Origin: Camelus ferus
Lineage: Eukaryota
Direction: 5' to 3'
Assembly (NCBI RefSeq): GCF_009834535.1
Contig: NC_045707.1
Location: 46,006,001 to 46,070,000 of the forward strand
Length of the DNA stretch: 64,000 nt
Shown: piece after piece, positions 47,761-62,394 of the stretch
Layout of the letters: the number at the start of each line of letters is the position of its first letter
How positions within the stretch are numbered: the stretch's first letter is position 1
Notes under the pieces: generated by a model
Databases searched by the model: none
What the model was told of the DNA's origin: nothing
The model's input: the letters and a program-made list of their open reading frames with translations, nothing else
Position numbers and translations under genes: made by a program

Positions 47761-50169
47761 CTTCATTTTGTTCATATGCCTCAGTTGACTGATTTAAGAA
47801 AACCAGAATTTCCCTCTTAATTCTAGCTTGGTCTTTCCCCCTAAATGTTCATGCCATTTTTCTCCTCAGACATAAGGGAATCAAAAGATAGAGGGTCGGG
47901 GAGAACAAGAATTATCCTCACTTTATCTTCCTGGGAATGTCTGTTTCAGCAAGTGGAAATAGGAGGAGAAATGGTGATTTGATATCCCACCCAGTGTAAG
48001 AACCCAAATCGTGTTTCTCCTCCTTCAGCTCTCCCTCTGCAGCCCTGAGATTTACAGTGTTGTTTTCACTTTCTTCTGTGCACTGAGTGTGAAAGGAAGA
48101 GCATGAGATTCGACGCACCATGAGCGTACAGCAGAGTGAGAGTATCCTCTCCAGTTTTGCTACTCAAAGCTCATCATTGAAAACGTCCTTTTGAATTATT
48201 TCTGGGAACTAACATAATTGCGGTGTTGGCACATGCAGATGACAAACACAAAAAGAATCTCAGTAGTACTAAAAAGATAAATTGATTCTGAATTTCTCAC
48301 ATTTTCTGCATTGCTTCTAATTTACATATGAGTAATTGTAGATTTCAAATGAGTGAAAGCACCCACCTCCACATTGGCAGCCCAGATCGTTTTTGACAGT
48401 GGAACTCAGTGGTATGTACATACACACAAATGTTCTCTTATAGTGCTTTGCAACTTCCTCACGTCGGAGAGCCATACAGAGTATTCCCCTGTTTGCAAAA
48501 TTCCTTCCACAAATATTAAGCATTTGCTTTTCTCCAGATGCCTTGTTAGAAACTTACGTAAGACATAGTCCCACAGTCCTTATCTCAGAAGTTCACAGGC
48601 TTGTTAGGAGGATGGTCATGAATATATCACTGCAGAATAAGCTAGCTTTCATGTTAATTTTATTAATCAAATCATATCGCCAAAGTGTATTCATTATAAA
48701 AGTGAAGGTTTTTTTTCCCCATGGAAAAATAATGAGATTGATATGTCTACTCTGTGTGTAGCCTGATCCTTTTTTATTCCATAGTTCATTATAATTTATT
48801 TTTATCCTTAATTATTTATTCCGTTTATTGTTATTTTATTAATTTGATACAGATACCACTTTGAAAGTAAGTAAATGGTTAAATATTTGAAAGACTAAAA
48901 GGGGTATATCTTTTATATTAATAGTATTAGTTAGGTGTGTTCTTACCTGTTGTTCCATATTCACATCTAGCTTCAGCTATCTCCAGAAGATGACTTGGGT
49001 GCTGAGTCTGTCTGTGTCCTATGGCTCCAAATGTTCAGAGATAAATTTCCAGCAGAGTCCTGAATAGCTCTACCTTTCTTCTCCCAAATGCTTCTTAAAC
49101 TCAGTATGTCAACAAGTGGAACTTATTTTTTACTCTAAAACCTGATCTTCTTGGGTTTCTTATTTCAGGGAGCTGCACTGCCATTCTCCCAGATGCTGAG
49201 ACTTCAATCTTTTGACATCATCTCTGACGCTCTCAGTCCTAATAGGGAGCTAAATCCTGGTGGGCAAATCTTTGTCATCTTTCCCTTCCACTGCCACCCT
49301 CGTACTTTTAAATGTTAGTTTCTCAAACCAGGGTCTTGGAGATTTGAGTGCTGTTCATCGTAAGTTTCACATTTCTGTTTTCATGTCCAGGATAACCTAA
49401 CAAAATCAGCAGGTGCATGTTTGGGATCATCCTGATTTGTAACTGAATTCTGCCACTGATTTTAATGTCCATGTTTGTGTGTTGGCTCTGAGTTGGGCAA
49501 GTCCTCTCTCGGGCTTTTATGATACCTAGCTTTGTCTAGAACTCCTGGCGTTGTAACTGTTTTGAGTCTGGCTTTCCTGGTGGACTGTGAGGTCTCGAAG
49601 GACAGGGACCTTGTCTGGCTTATTTTTGTGTTCCCAGAACCTAGCATTGGACCTGACACATAGTAGGCACTTATGGTTGTAGTCATTGTATATATATTGT
49701 CTCGAAGTCTACTCCCCCTCCCCCCTACACATTCCCATAGTGTGTGGGGATAGTTATGGCTGTCGTTCCTTTAATGTTCATGTAGTATTTAGTCGTTGTT
49801 GATAGATGGCATTTGGCTTAAACTGTCCCTTATTTTTAGATGTTTGGATTATTTTCATTTGTTGGTTATTTGAGACGTATAGTTAAAAACATCTTTGAAC
49901 AAAGTTATTTTTCTCTCATCTAGATTGTTCTCTTGGGAATCTCTTCATGGAATTACTAGATCAAAAGGCATTAGCAGTTTTAGTCCTCTTGGAATATGAT
50001 GCTAGGTTGCTTTTTTGGTTTGTTTTTGTTTTGTTTTGCTTTAATGAAGAGTCTAGACAGAGTTGTGATGCATGACCTCTTTTTAGAAATCTTTCTTTAA
50101 TTTCAGTGACACTCCCTTTGATTTGGAGTAAAACTGGAAAGAACAAATGATGGTTATACTCCTCCCACC

Positions 50170-50830
50170 ACTGCATCACCATTGCTCACCTGGACCGTTC
50201 TCCCTTCCTCGTCTTTACACCTTCAGCTACACCTTCAGAAATGTGTGAAGTGCATATTACTTCAGCCCAAGTAATGCTTCAACAGGCAAAGCTAATTATT
50301 TAATCCAGTCATGCTCAAAACACAGCAGAGGTTTCCCGTTGCCGGCAGGATAAAGTGCCAGTGCCACGGTGTTGTCAGGGCACACAGAGCCCTTCAAGAC
50401 GCAGCTTCTGTTTCCCTTTCTAGGCTTATCTTTGGCTGCTGCCCAGATGCACTCTCAGCTCACCCCGAAGGCACTGTTTTCATTTGGGAATGTACGTGCC
50501 GTTCCTCCATCTGAAATGAACTCCCCAACCCCTTGCCTGCCTGGCATCACCTTACTCATCATTCTTCAAGACTCAGCTCGAAGTCTGAAGTGCTGCCCTC
50601 CTTCCAGCCCTTATTACTTTCCTCACTCTCATTCTTAAGGAATTTTTTCCATCCTTCATTAAAGCCTTTGTCATCTATACTGAAGCTCTTTGTTAATTTT
50701 TTTTCATCTTCTTACTTAGATTGTGAGCTCATTAAGGATAGGAATTTGGTCAGTCATTTCTGCAACCCAGCTTTTAATTCAGTGACTAGCATATAGCTGA
50801 TCCTCAGTAAACATTTCTTTCTGAATGAAC
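50170..50830 (+). mobile_element. L2 3' region
   Basis: 'ttagattgtgagctcattaaggatagg...ctcagtaaacatttctttctgaatgaa'. Confidence 0.65.
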
Positions 50831-52556
50831 AGAACTGTTATTTTGGTTTACTCAGGTGTAGGTAGACTACTGATGGGTAAGTCTGTTTATTTGTAAATTG
50901 AGAATCCATTTATGGTGTATATTGTAATTCTCAATTGTCCAGAATATCAATACGTTCAAACCACTCCCTTCTTTCCGCAACAATTTGTTTTTGGGTTTTT
51001 TTTTTTTGATGGGCAGCGGTTGTAATTTTGTTTATTGACTAAGCTGTAAACCTTGGACTGGAAGATACATAAGGAGATACCTAGTTCACCATTGCTCCCC
51101 TGGTTCTTAGTACTCATACCTGATACCCAGTAAGTGCTCAATAACTGTTTGTTGAATGAGTAAATAGATGAATGAATGAAATTTTGAGTAAAGGCCACTA
51201 ACCATGTGGCATGCCACAAAGTTGGCCAGATGAGAATTTACTGCATTTATGTGTACATATCTGCTGTATTGGATTCACCGCTGTGTTGATGTGTTCATTT
51301 AACTCAGTGCCTTTGTTGATAACCCCCGTGGCATCTTCAAGCTCTACCACTGCATGGCTCTGAGGGCCATCTCCTCATCTCATCTCTTTAATGGGAGATG
51401 CCTCAAAAATGCCTTCTACAAGCCAGAAAGCTAACACCTTAGTGGAGTAGGCAAGATAGTCCCTTTGTTCTCCCACAAGGAGGTAGACAGTCCCTAGGGC
51501 TGGCCTCCTCATTTATGTCCAAACGTCAAATCTAAATCAACCAACATCCTGCTGTTCTGGGAGACAAATAACCAAATCCTATATGCACGACGAGCTGATT
51601 TATAGAGACGTGATGTTGTCCAGAGCCTGCTGCCAAAAGCTGAAGAGGTCATTTTGAGGGAAACACAGAATATTGGCGGAGAGAGATCACATCCCTTTTC
51701 CCTGTGTTGAATCTTCCTGGGATATGTGTCTTATTTCTTGGTAGCCTGGTGAGAGTTTGCATGCTTTGGACCACAGCCTATTACAAGGAACAAAAAATTT
51801 CCATTTACCACTTAGTTTCTCTCTTGTATTACTAGTTGTATTAAAAAGCTTTATAAGGGAATGAAAAACTGAGATAGTAATTAACAGAGAGTAGGGAGTA
51901 ACATGGCGTTTCAAGGAAAAAGAATCATCTTAAGCTGTGTATCAGAATGATGAGACACAGGAAGACTTAAAAAAAAAAAAAACCTACAGTGGCAGCAAAA
52001 GTCCTGCTATTTAGTTCATTAAAAAAGGTATATACATTCTCAATAACCTACTCCCAGACTTAGGACTTCTATTAAAGCCCTGCTGGGTGAAAGCTAAAAT
52101 CTTAATTGAAAATAGAATGGATTGTATTTATTAAAGCTATTATCAATGCTGAGTGCTCTCAAATGCATTCTTTTTTTATGATACTGGAAGGACTACAGGG
52201 AGCTTTCCAGTCCTGAGCCACAGGGCTAGCTGGAAACAACAGTGCCCAGCAGGCATAGACCAGAGTCTGGGTGTCTGAGTGGCAGAGGCTGACATATTTT
52301 TGCCAGAAGGAGTATTGCGCCCATGTGGCAGGTGGTGCTTAATGAGGCTGACTCCTATTTGAAGAGATGGGTGAGCAGTCACAGGGGGAAGTGAACAGTG
52401 CCTGACACACAGAAGAAAGATGACTGCTGAGCGAAAGGGGACCAAGGCGGGCAGAGGAAGGCGAGGGCTTGGGTCTGATAGAGATGTAGGGGTCTTCTTT
52501 GCTTCATATCCAAGGCCACTGAAGTTTACTTAACTCTGAAATTCAGTGGAAGCCGA

Positions 52557-53084
52557 TATATTAGTCAGGGTTCTCCAGAGAAACAGGCCAATAGGTTATG
52601 GTATAACAATATACATGTATATGAGGCAAATCATTATAGCAATCAGCTCACATGGTTATGGAGGCTGAGAAGTCCCATGTCCTGGTATCTGTAAGCTGGA
52701 GGGCCAAGAAAGCCAGTCGTGTAATTTAATCCGATTCCAAAGGCCTGAAAATTGACTGATGGCGTATATCCTGATCTGAGTTTGAAATCTGGAGAATCAG
52801 AAGCACCAATGAGATAGCCAAGAGCAGGAGAAGGTGGATGTCTCAGCTCAAGCAGAGAGAGGGAATTTGCTTTTCCTCTGCCTTTTAGTTCTATTCGGGC
52901 CCTCGGCTGATTGGATAGTACCACCCCTCACACTGGGGAGGGTCATCTGCTCTACTCAGTTCATCAATTCAAATGCTAATGTCTTCCAGAAACACCCTCC
53001 CAGACACACCCAGAAATAATATTTTAATAGCTCTCTGGGCATCCGTTAGCCCAGTCAAGTTGACACATAAAATTAACCAACACA
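52557..53084 (-). mobile_element. MLT2 ERVL solo LTR
   Basis: 'tatattagtcagggttctccagagaaacag' ... 'cccagtcaagttgacacataaaattaaccaacaca'; TSD GCCGA/GCTGA. Confidence 0.9.
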
Positions 53085-54184
53085 GCTGATAAAATGCCCA
53101 TAAAAACTCATGGATGTGCTTCCAAAGCCCCTCTCCCTTTCCACCGTGGGCACTACAGAAAAGGCCGGGCTCTGGCGGCATAAATGAAGAGAGTAAGGAG
53201 GAGGCTATTTATAAGGATTCGTGGGAAAAAGACATATTGAGATTGGATGGATAATTGTTGTTTGGTCTGGCATGAATTAAGAATTCTAGCTACTTAGAAG
53301 AGAGAAAGTGTTCTATTTTGTCGTTGTTTGTCACTCCCTGTTGCCCCTGCCCTCAACCTAATGAAGTGGACTAAGACACATTTTGGATGAGAAATGCACA
53401 TATCAGACCTAAAGCCTCAAGTCATTGAGAGGGGGAAGGTAGAGGGTGAGCTGGGGTGTTGGTTGGACCCGTTGTGCTATTTATTTGTTTTGTGAGTTGA
53501 CACATGAGGAATTGTGCTTTAAAGAGAAATATATGAGGATGGGAGGCAGGAGTCCTGGGTTCTAGTTCTGAATCTGCCATGAATTCATTGTCACCAGCAT
53601 TGAATCAGGAACATGTCATTTGGGTGTGGGGGCTTTAGCTTGTTTAGAAAACAGGGAGCTTTGACATGGAGTTTTCCTCAATCTGAACCAAAATTGGCAG
53701 AAGGAAAATAACTTTATATGGTTTGTCCTGAAGCTAAATGTACTCAATCTAATGGATTCTCCTTTATTATAGGATAGGGTGTGCCCTACTCTTTGATGTA
53801 AAATTCCTTTCTTTTATGAAGCAATGGTGAAAGGAGATGGTGGTTGGATTGTTTTAATTTTTTAAAGACTTGACTTGGCAAGATAAAAAAAATTGGCAAC
53901 ATTGTTTTAATTATTTTCGAAATTTTAATGGTACACAAAATCCATAATGCTCAGTCCAGATAACCTTTAAAGTTCCTTTCAATTCTAGCAGCTGGGGAGT
54001 CTAACCTTTTCTTATCACTTGATATGAGAAACTCAAGTGTCAGTTGATGTTTGCATCCTGAAACAAGCTGTGTTTTTCCTGGAAATATCACAGTGCAGGC
54101 TGTAGATGCTTCAGCTTTTTCTTCAACTGAAACAACCTGCAGCATTACTTTAAATCTTAATTTGACCAAAGCTGAGAACTGAAT

Positions 54185-55050
54185 TAGTGGAGAAACACTG
54201 TGTCATACATTGCTCCTGGGAGTATAAATTGGCCGAATGGAAAGGTCAACACACTTTTCCTATCAAGGACCAGATATTAAATATTTTAAGCTTTGCATGT
54301 CATGTGAGATCTCTGTCACATATTCCCCCCACCCCCACTTCCTCCTCCTCCTTTTTTGAAAAACAACTCTTGAAAAATGTAAAAACATCTTTAGCTCATG
54401 GGCTGGATTTGGCCTATGGATCATAATTTGCTGACACCTGATCTGGGAGGTGGTTTGGCTTTATCTGTCCAAGTTACAAATGCACATTTATCCACAGGCT
54501 GTGCAATTCCACTTGGAGGAATTTATCCTACAGATACACTTGCATCTATGCAAAATATCCTGTGTAAAGTTACTCAGAGTAGTACTCACTTTGTTTGAAA
54601 TGCCAAAATAGTGGAAGCAACCTAAATATTCATTAATGAAAACTGCTTAAGTAATAGAATATCCATATAGCAGAATATGATATAGTCTTTTAAAAGAATG
54701 AGGCAACTCTATACTGAGTAATGCCTGAGATATGCCATTAAGAGGGAAAAAAGCAAGAGGTAAAACAATATTTTTAATTGGTTACCACTTATTAGCTTTT
54801 AAAAGGAATAATGTGTGTGTGTGTATGTTTGTGTGTGTGTTGCTGTGTGTGCACACATGCGTACACAAGTGCTTGCACTTTTTATATGTATAGAATACTG
54901 CTAACAGTGGTTGTCACTGAGGGGTGATTGAGTATCTTAGGAATAGGAATGTTAGGGAAACTTACTTTTTACTTTCTATTATTTCGTAACTTATGATTTT
55001 AGTGCCATGTGCATGTATCACCCATTAAAAATAAATTAAAAATTTAAAAA
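54185..55050 (+). mobile_element. Old L1 ORF2-end/3'UTR with a nested MER58-like MITE (~54235-54442)
   Basis: 'gggagtataaattgg', 'gcaattccacttggaggaatttatcctacaga'; MITE 'aaggaccagatattaaatattttaagctttgc...ggatttggcctatggatcataatttgctgacacctg'. Confidence 0.7.
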
Positions 55051-57029
55051 GGAACTGAAATGGGGGAAATAATAGTAGTTCTCAGTGTGTGAAAATTCAG
55101 ACATTATTGCTTGAAATATATGAGTTTTTCTTCAATCATAAGTGAACCTGTGCTGCCCTGAAAAATATACCCATTTGATTCCCTTCACATGAAGGTACTT
55201 TGACAGAATAATAATCCTTTGGCAACTTTTGATCATTTAAGGTGGTAGAATGCCTGTCCCGAGAGATGGGGTTTAAGGTTATGCTGTTGGTACTGTTCCT
55301 TCTGATTTTTAAAATTGTGAACAGTGATATGACAGGTTGACCTGAAAAATGAGTGTACATGAAGAGAATTTAGCTTGATAACAACACAGAATCCACAGCC
55401 GTGGAATGTTGGTGCTGGAACATTCACTGAGGCTCGTCCAGCCCATTGGTTTGTTATCAGTATCCTCCGAGGTCTAGAGCCTGCTCATGATCAGGCAGCT
55501 GGTGATGGCAAAACCTTCAACTCGGACTTGCCCAACTTCACACATGCCACTGACCTGGAGAAGGCCCACCTGTAAGGGGTTACTCTGTATAGTCCCAACC
55601 TTTGTTTTGCTATATTCCTGACTCACTGAAAGCCAGAGATGTGGAACATGGTCTCCAGCAGTCACTCCCTCCTGAGCCATACCCAACCACATGTGTGTGG
55701 TCTGCCATGAGTCTCTGTTCTCCCCGTCCTTGCCCTCTCCCCTGGGACATCTTTAAACGGCTCACTTAGCAGTTCTTGGTCCTTACCCTGAGTAGAAGAC
55801 GCAGCTGCTTCCTAGGGTTCCTGGGGCAGCTAACATGTTCGGGCAAAAAAACCCAGCACTGTCTTTTCTGGAAGAAAGGGTGACTTGTGGCCAAACATTG
55901 TGGTTGGGCGATGTGAGAGGAAAGGATGCAGGGTCACGCAGGGTAGAGAGCTGAGACAGAGGAGATACAGTGAGATTGCAAGGACGGCCAGTTGTCCCCC
56001 TCTCCCTGTACCCACCCGGACTTTTTCAGTTCCAGAGTCTGTTTCCTCATCCCTTGAGTCTGACCTGGCCTTGTGAGTTTGACTGTGGCCGTCGGGGTGC
56101 TGTAGTGGTGATGAATGGTGTGCCTGTTCCAAGCCCAGGCCTCATAAGGCATTGCATGTTTCTGCTGCTCTGTTATGCTTCTAACCATTGCCATGAGAAC
56201 ATTTTCAGAGCAGAGCCAAGTGACCCTAGTTTTCCCAGCCAAGGACTTCCTAAATCAGCAAACAACCAGCTGAGTCCAGGGTGGTAATTATAGAAGGGTC
56301 AGTAATCCCAGCCAAGATTAGCAGAGCCCCCTAACTGACCACCACATCTAACAGTAAGAGCTATAAGCACTGTTTATACCAGTGATGCTTTTGGATTGCT
56401 TCTTCTGCAGTATTATTGTGAAAATATGTAACTGATACTCATGGGATTGTGAGAAATGAACAGGTGCTTGGCTACGCGTTCAGACATGGAGAAACCAAGG
56501 TTTTCTTTCCCCTTCTATATAACACTGTCAGAAACATGGAGAAGTGTTTCTGGTGCAATGGAACAAAACAAAACAACAGAAAGCCAGGGCTAAGCCCTAG
56601 CATCAGGAACGTGTTGTATAGTTTTGTATCTAGCAGGAGCTATAGAAATGTCAGGATACTATAATACTAGCATTTCAAAGACTGTTCTTCCTTCCTTCTC
56701 TCTGAGCTGTTTAACTTAATCTGTTGGGTTTCCCCCCTACCATGAGGTAATACGTTCCTATTGCAATTTCACTTATGAACTTATTCAAATTTCCAAATAC
56801 CAGACAGTTCTCATGTGATATAATTTCTATCACACTCAAGTAGGACTACCCTTGTCCTATGAATTAAAAAGCTGATAAATCACATGAAAACGTCACAGAA
56901 GAAATTCTAATAGAAGAATCATTCAGGATGTTGGTATAACATTTTTATCCCAGAAACATGAAGTTTTTTGAAGAAGCCTATAAATAGACCCTATAGTCAA
57001 TTGTTCCAGTATGACAAACCATATGCACA

Positions 57030-57680
57030 CCCATTCTTTACTTAAAAAATAAAATTCTTAGAAAAATAGGATATTTCTTTAGATATTCTTTGTAAACCAA
57101 AAAGTAAAAATTTGTGTATGTGTATCCACTCACGTGCATATATCTTAAACTAATATCTGACACCATTCTTAGTAGGAAGCACTAGAGATTTCCATTAAAA
57201 AAAAAACCCAAGATGATATTCATTATTGTTCCAGCATTGCTTGCCAGTGTAGTAAAGCATGACACATATATATAAAGTATAGCTGACAATAAGAAGAAAG
57301 AAGTTTTTTTTAAAAAAATAAACAACGTAATTATATACCAATAAAAACACTCCAAAAGGTGACATTCCTAGAATTAATGAGAGCTGAGTAATATTGTGAG
57401 TATATACATGAGAGGTAATAACTATATTGTATACCAGTAACAATCTGTTGGCTGTGAGGGGAAAATGCTCCCATTCACAGTAGCAGCAAAAAGCACAAAA
57501 TCCATGGAAAAACTCTGACAACACGTTGTTGTACTTAGGTAAACAAAAGAATTTTCTAGGAGACATATATACATCGTTTGAACAAATGAGAACTGTATCA
57601 GGTTTCTGGGTGTTAGAATATTGAATATTTTACATTTGTCCTTTCCCCCCAGTTATTTTATAGATTTTCTATAAGCCCAT
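57030..57680 (+). mobile_element. Highly decayed L1 ORF2 fragment
   Basis: 'ctagagatttccattaaaa', 'ttcctagaattaatgagagctgag', 'cccattcacagtagcagcaaaa'. Confidence 0.55.
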
Positions 57681-57694
57681 GGAGTGCTGAAGAT

Positions 57695-58225
57695 GAGGTC
57701 AATTGCTATAATCTTTGAAAGAGTCTCTGTCCCTTTGGACACAAAATCTGGCTAAAAGTGGTTTAAACAATAGGAGGTTTAAATTTATTGGCTCGTTGTC
57801 CAGAGGTGGAGTGTTTGCAGGGAGTTCAGTGGTTCAGCATAAGCACAAAGGACACAGGTTCTTTCCTTTTCCTGCTCTGCTATCTTCACCCTTTTGGCTC
57901 TTTCCCTCAGGCTTGGCTCCTGATAGTCACAGGATGGCTGCATCAGTTCCAGGCAGCACATCCTCACCCACTGATAGCTGGAGTTGAGAAAAGGAACCAT
58001 TCCTTTCTGCAGATATCTTTTTATAAGGAAAATCTTTTCCAAAGCTTCCCCAAAGACCTCCTCATGTCTCACAGACTAGAGTGGCATTAAATGGCCCAGA
58101 CAATCACAAGGGGTGGGCTGGATTTAGCCTGTGGCTTAGACTAATCAAAAGTCTCCTCTTTCTACTCTGAGCATGTGGCAAACTGAACAAGTTGAGTCTC
58201 TGCCAGCAAGGGAGGGGTTTGTGCG
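57695..58225 (-). mobile_element. MLT1J-like LTR
   Basis: 'aaagtggtttaaacaatagga...aggatggctgcatcagttccaggcagcacatcc'. Confidence 0.65.
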
Positions 58226-58630
58226 TGTGTGCATGCAGGGAACTGGCTTTCTGTTCTCAAATGAACAATATTATTTACAATAATGAAAAAGTAACTTCAT
58301 TAGTTATTAGTTATATGGTCATAGAACCTATAGAAATATATGGCATGGTTTTAAATTATTGTATATCTATGATAAACTATATGACATCATTAAAAATCAT
58401 ATTTTCATGGCATAAAAAAACTAGAATGTTTGTAGGGGAGAAGCAAGATACAGAATTATAACTAGACTGGCCCCATTTTCTTTCATGCATGCACACTGAA
58501 GACTGGGAAGAAATACACCAGAGTATTGGTTTTCTTCTAGGGCTAAATTATGGGTAGTTTTCTCCTTTTTTGTATTTTGCCAAGCTTTAAGACCAGAAAA
58601 ATTAATAGCATTAAAATCACATATTTCCAT

Positions 58631-59104
58631 TGTATTGATTAGGTTTTGCTGTGTAACAAACTGTTCCCAAATTTAGTGACTTAATTTGTTTACTTAGCTT
58701 GTGATTCTGTAGGTGGACAATTTGGGCTGGAGTTGCTCATGTGTCTGAGTCAGCCGCTGGGTGGGCTGGGGGCTAGCTGGGGGACCCTATCCTCTTGCTA
58801 CAGTTTTTTCCTCCTAAAGTAGGCTAGCCCTGGCTTATTCTCACAGCTGCTGAGCAGGGTTCCAAGAGAGTGAATGGAAGTGAGCAAAGCCTCTTGGGCC
58901 TAGGTTAGAACTGGCACGCTGTCCGTTCTGCCTGTTCTATTAGCCAAAGCAAGTTCCTAGGCCAGCCTAGCTTCAAGGGGTAGGGAAATAACACTCCCAC
59001 CCTCACACCCTTCGTGGAAGAAGCCACACAATCATGTTGAATAATGGATGTGGATACAAGAGGGGTGGAGAATTTGGGGCCATTTTTGCAAGCAGTCTGA
59101 CACT
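58631..59104 (-). mobile_element. MLT1H-like LTR
   Basis: 'tgtattgattaggttttgctgtgtaacaaac...ggggccatttttgcaagcagtctgacac'. Confidence 0.75.
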
Positions 59105-59769
59105 GCAGGTTAAAAATAAAGGAAAAAAAAGAAGAGCCTTACCCAAAGATTATAGAAATGAACTATGAAGTGAAAGGCATTTATTTAGGTGATGGGGACT
59201 TTTAAATGTTTTCCTTCAAAGTTATTGGGAAGATTTTATCTTTCTTCTCACTCGTGGCTGGTTGAGGGTTTAGTGACAGCTTCTCTCTTGAGGCAGCACT
59301 AAGCATTTAAATTAAGCTTTTTTAGAGGGAGAGGAGGGAAGCAAACCCTCTCTGTAAATGAATTAATATCGATGCACACTGAGAATTTGCCCTCAGGGTG
59401 TTTCAGTAACTCAGCCTGTGTAGAACTTAGCACAATGCTTGGTGATGGGACCACAGCCAGAAGCAACAGACTGGAGCCTTGTCATGCTCAGAGCCTCATC
59501 ACTGTTTTCATCCTGTTCCCTATAGGAATGGAATTTAGAAAGGGTCCTCAGTGTAAAGACTCAACTGAATAATTAAGACAGTGTGCGCCATTTCTCCTTG
59601 ATGTGTGGTCATCACGGCTGTGGCATTAGGAAATAGTTGATAACTGAATGATCCTGTGACAATTCTCAAACCAGGGATGATGGGACACACTTAGGGGTTT
59701 TGGGGGGACCTGAAGCCTTAAGCATAAGCATGGTGCATCTTCCTGGAGCATCACATGTGTTTTCACTTG

Positions 59770-60535
59770 TAAACTTTTTTATTTTGCAGTCATATTAGAT
59801 TTACAGAAAAGTTTGCAAATATAGTGAGTTTTTGTATATCCTTCACTTGCCGTCACCTAATATTAACATTTTACATAACAATGGTGCTGTTGTCAAAACT
59901 ACAAAATTGACATTGGGACAGTATTGTTAACTTTAGTTATTAACTACAAACTTAAGTCAGATTCCCCCAGTTTTTCTACTCAAGTTCTTTTCTGTTCCAG
60001 GATCTAATTCATGTTGCATTTATTTAATTGTCATGTCTGGTTGTTCTCCAGTTTTATCTTCCCTTGTCTCATATGACCCTGACACTTTTGAAGAGTAGTG
60101 GTCAGGTGCTTTGCAGACTGTCCCTTAATTTGGGTTTGTCTAGTGTTTCCTCATGCTTAGATTGAGGTTATGGATTTGGGGGATGAGTACAGTGGAGGTG
60201 ATATGCCCCTGTCATTGCATCATACCAGGAAGTACATGGCATCAACATGACTCGGCACTGGTGATGGGAACCTGATCACTTGGTCATGAGGTGGTGTCTG
60301 CCAGGTTTCACTGCTGCAAAGTTACTATTTTTCCCTTTCTGTAGTCTGTTCACTAGACGAGAATCACTAAGTCCAGACGACACTCAGAGGGAGGGAGGGG
60401 ATTTAGGCTCCACCTCTCAGAGGGAGGAGTCTCAAAAGAATTTGTGAGCATATCTTAAAACCAGCACAGTAATTATTAATACTTTTGTTCATATTTATTA
60501 GCATTTGGGGGAAGATACTTTAAGACTGTGTAAAC
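59770..60535 (-). mobile_element. L1MC-like 3' end
   Basis: 'ttagatttacagaaaagtttgcaaa', 'gacacttttgaagagtagtggtcagg', 'gatcacttggtc..gtggtgtctgccagg'. Confidence 0.8.
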
Positions 60536-62394
60536 ATCCGTAATGTTTTATCCGTTGGTCAACCCAGGTGCTGACAGTCTATCTTTGTAGAGTCACTTCT
60601 GGGTTTGGGACATTGCCTGTTACAATTGCCAGCTAGAAGTGAAGAGTCACCCCTGTGCATTACACCTGGACTTCATTTAGCCTTCTGGACTATTTTATAT
60701 GTTGACATCTGCCCAGAAGGAGCCTGGAATTGGATGGGAGCTTTTACAGTGTGCAGTTCACAGGCAGCACTGCGTGCCAGAAGAAGGGGCAGCCAGCAGG
60801 GTAACTACCTTCTCGTCCCGGCTCTGTCACTAGGAAGATTCCGGCAAGGCTGTGAATCAGATGATCCTAGGGTAGTGCGTTATCTCCTCTGACTTCGATT
60901 GACACGGGCACGCAGTCCTCCTTTTTCTGCCTCGTTTTTCTCCTCTGTGAAATAGGGAAACTAGGTGGGTGGTTTAGATGAACCTTAACATGCAGTTTCC
61001 CTCGGTTGCTGTTCAGGAAGGGCAGCTGGTGGGAAAGATGCAGAGGTGCTGGGGTTGAGGGGACGTGCACCTGTCAGCTGATCACAGGGTAGCCTGCTTC
61101 TCAGAGGAGAGTGGTACCCGGAGACTGGGAGCTGGGGGCCGGTGGGGTGGGGGACCCGGTGCTGCCCTCTGCTGTCTGTTCTGTGTATTCTGTCTGTGAT
61201 CTCTCTGCCCCTTCATAGGAACTACAAGGAGTCTGCAAAAGAGGTTAGACAGGAACTCAAGCTGGAAGAAGTTGAGCCTGAAGACAAGCCAGGAAGATGT
61301 GGAGAGAAAGATCCGGGTTAATAATCTTCTTAGACCCTGTGGGAAGTTCTTTCTGGGCTCTGGCTTATGTCTGGGTCAGCAGCTCCGAAGTCAGCAGATC
61401 CATTTCTCCCATCTGGATGCTGAAAGGAGGGAAATTCTTGGTCCTCACTGGGATCAGGGGATGGTCCCAGACTTGGAGAGTAGCTGGGAGCACCAAACCC
61501 AGATGGCTTATCCCGGCCTTGCCCCCAGTGGGGGCTTACCTGTCCTTTTTAAGCCATCTTGAACTTTGCTTTTTCGTTTCAGTGACTGATCTGCCTCAGG
61601 CAGAGAAAGAAAGTGTGTAGCTGGTTAGCTTTCTCCAGGTTTCTCTTTTTCCCTTTATTCTAGACCTTCATAATCTCTCTCATTCAAATTGGGGACTGCT
61701 GAAGTCATCCCTCCCCTTTTCTTTTCTTTTTGAAATTCATTCCTATTTACAAAGCTTTGCCCCTCGCTAACCTGATACTTTCAGACATCGAATTTCACTT
61801 TTGCTTGGTGGTTAGAGGGTCCCCCTGTTCTCCATCTCTTGGGCTCCCCTCCCAAACACAGGCCCAAACACAGGCCCTGCTTCTTGGGGTCCCACCTACC
61901 CCATTGTCACTGCTCTGTGATAGCACTCCAGCCATTTGAGACCTGGCCTGGTGTCAGGTTTCGTCTTTAAAGGCAATCTTTAAACCTTGCTTTTATTTTG
62001 ATTTCTGAAATAATACATGTCTGCTGCATAAGACTTGGGAAATAGAAAAGATAATAAGTCAACCATAATCCCACTCCCCAGCGACTGGCTGTTAATGTTT
62101 CATTTATTTTCTTTCACTCTCTTTTTGAAGTATGTCTGTGTGTGTAGGTATGATTATTTAACATAATCAGAGTCATATTGGACCTAATATTTTATAACAT
62201 GCTCTTGTTTAGCTTTTACTTTCCCACTAGCTACTGTTAACATGACTCTTGGTGTGTCTTTAAATTTTTTGAAATTAAATAATTGATATTCTACTTATTG
62301 AATGATCACACTTTTATCCTTTTCATTTTCCTTTTCATCCTTTTTTCATTTAATCCCCATTTTCACTCTCATTTCCTTTTCTGTTTTAGGATGG

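Noticed and set aside
55330..55575. Suspected processed pseudogene
   Set aside because: Six-frame reading gave no recognisable protein; the sequence resembles a decayed MIR/L3-type fragment.
61851..61877. 12-bp tandem duplication CCCAAACACAGG x2
   Set aside because: Real but ordinary slippage; no evident consequence.
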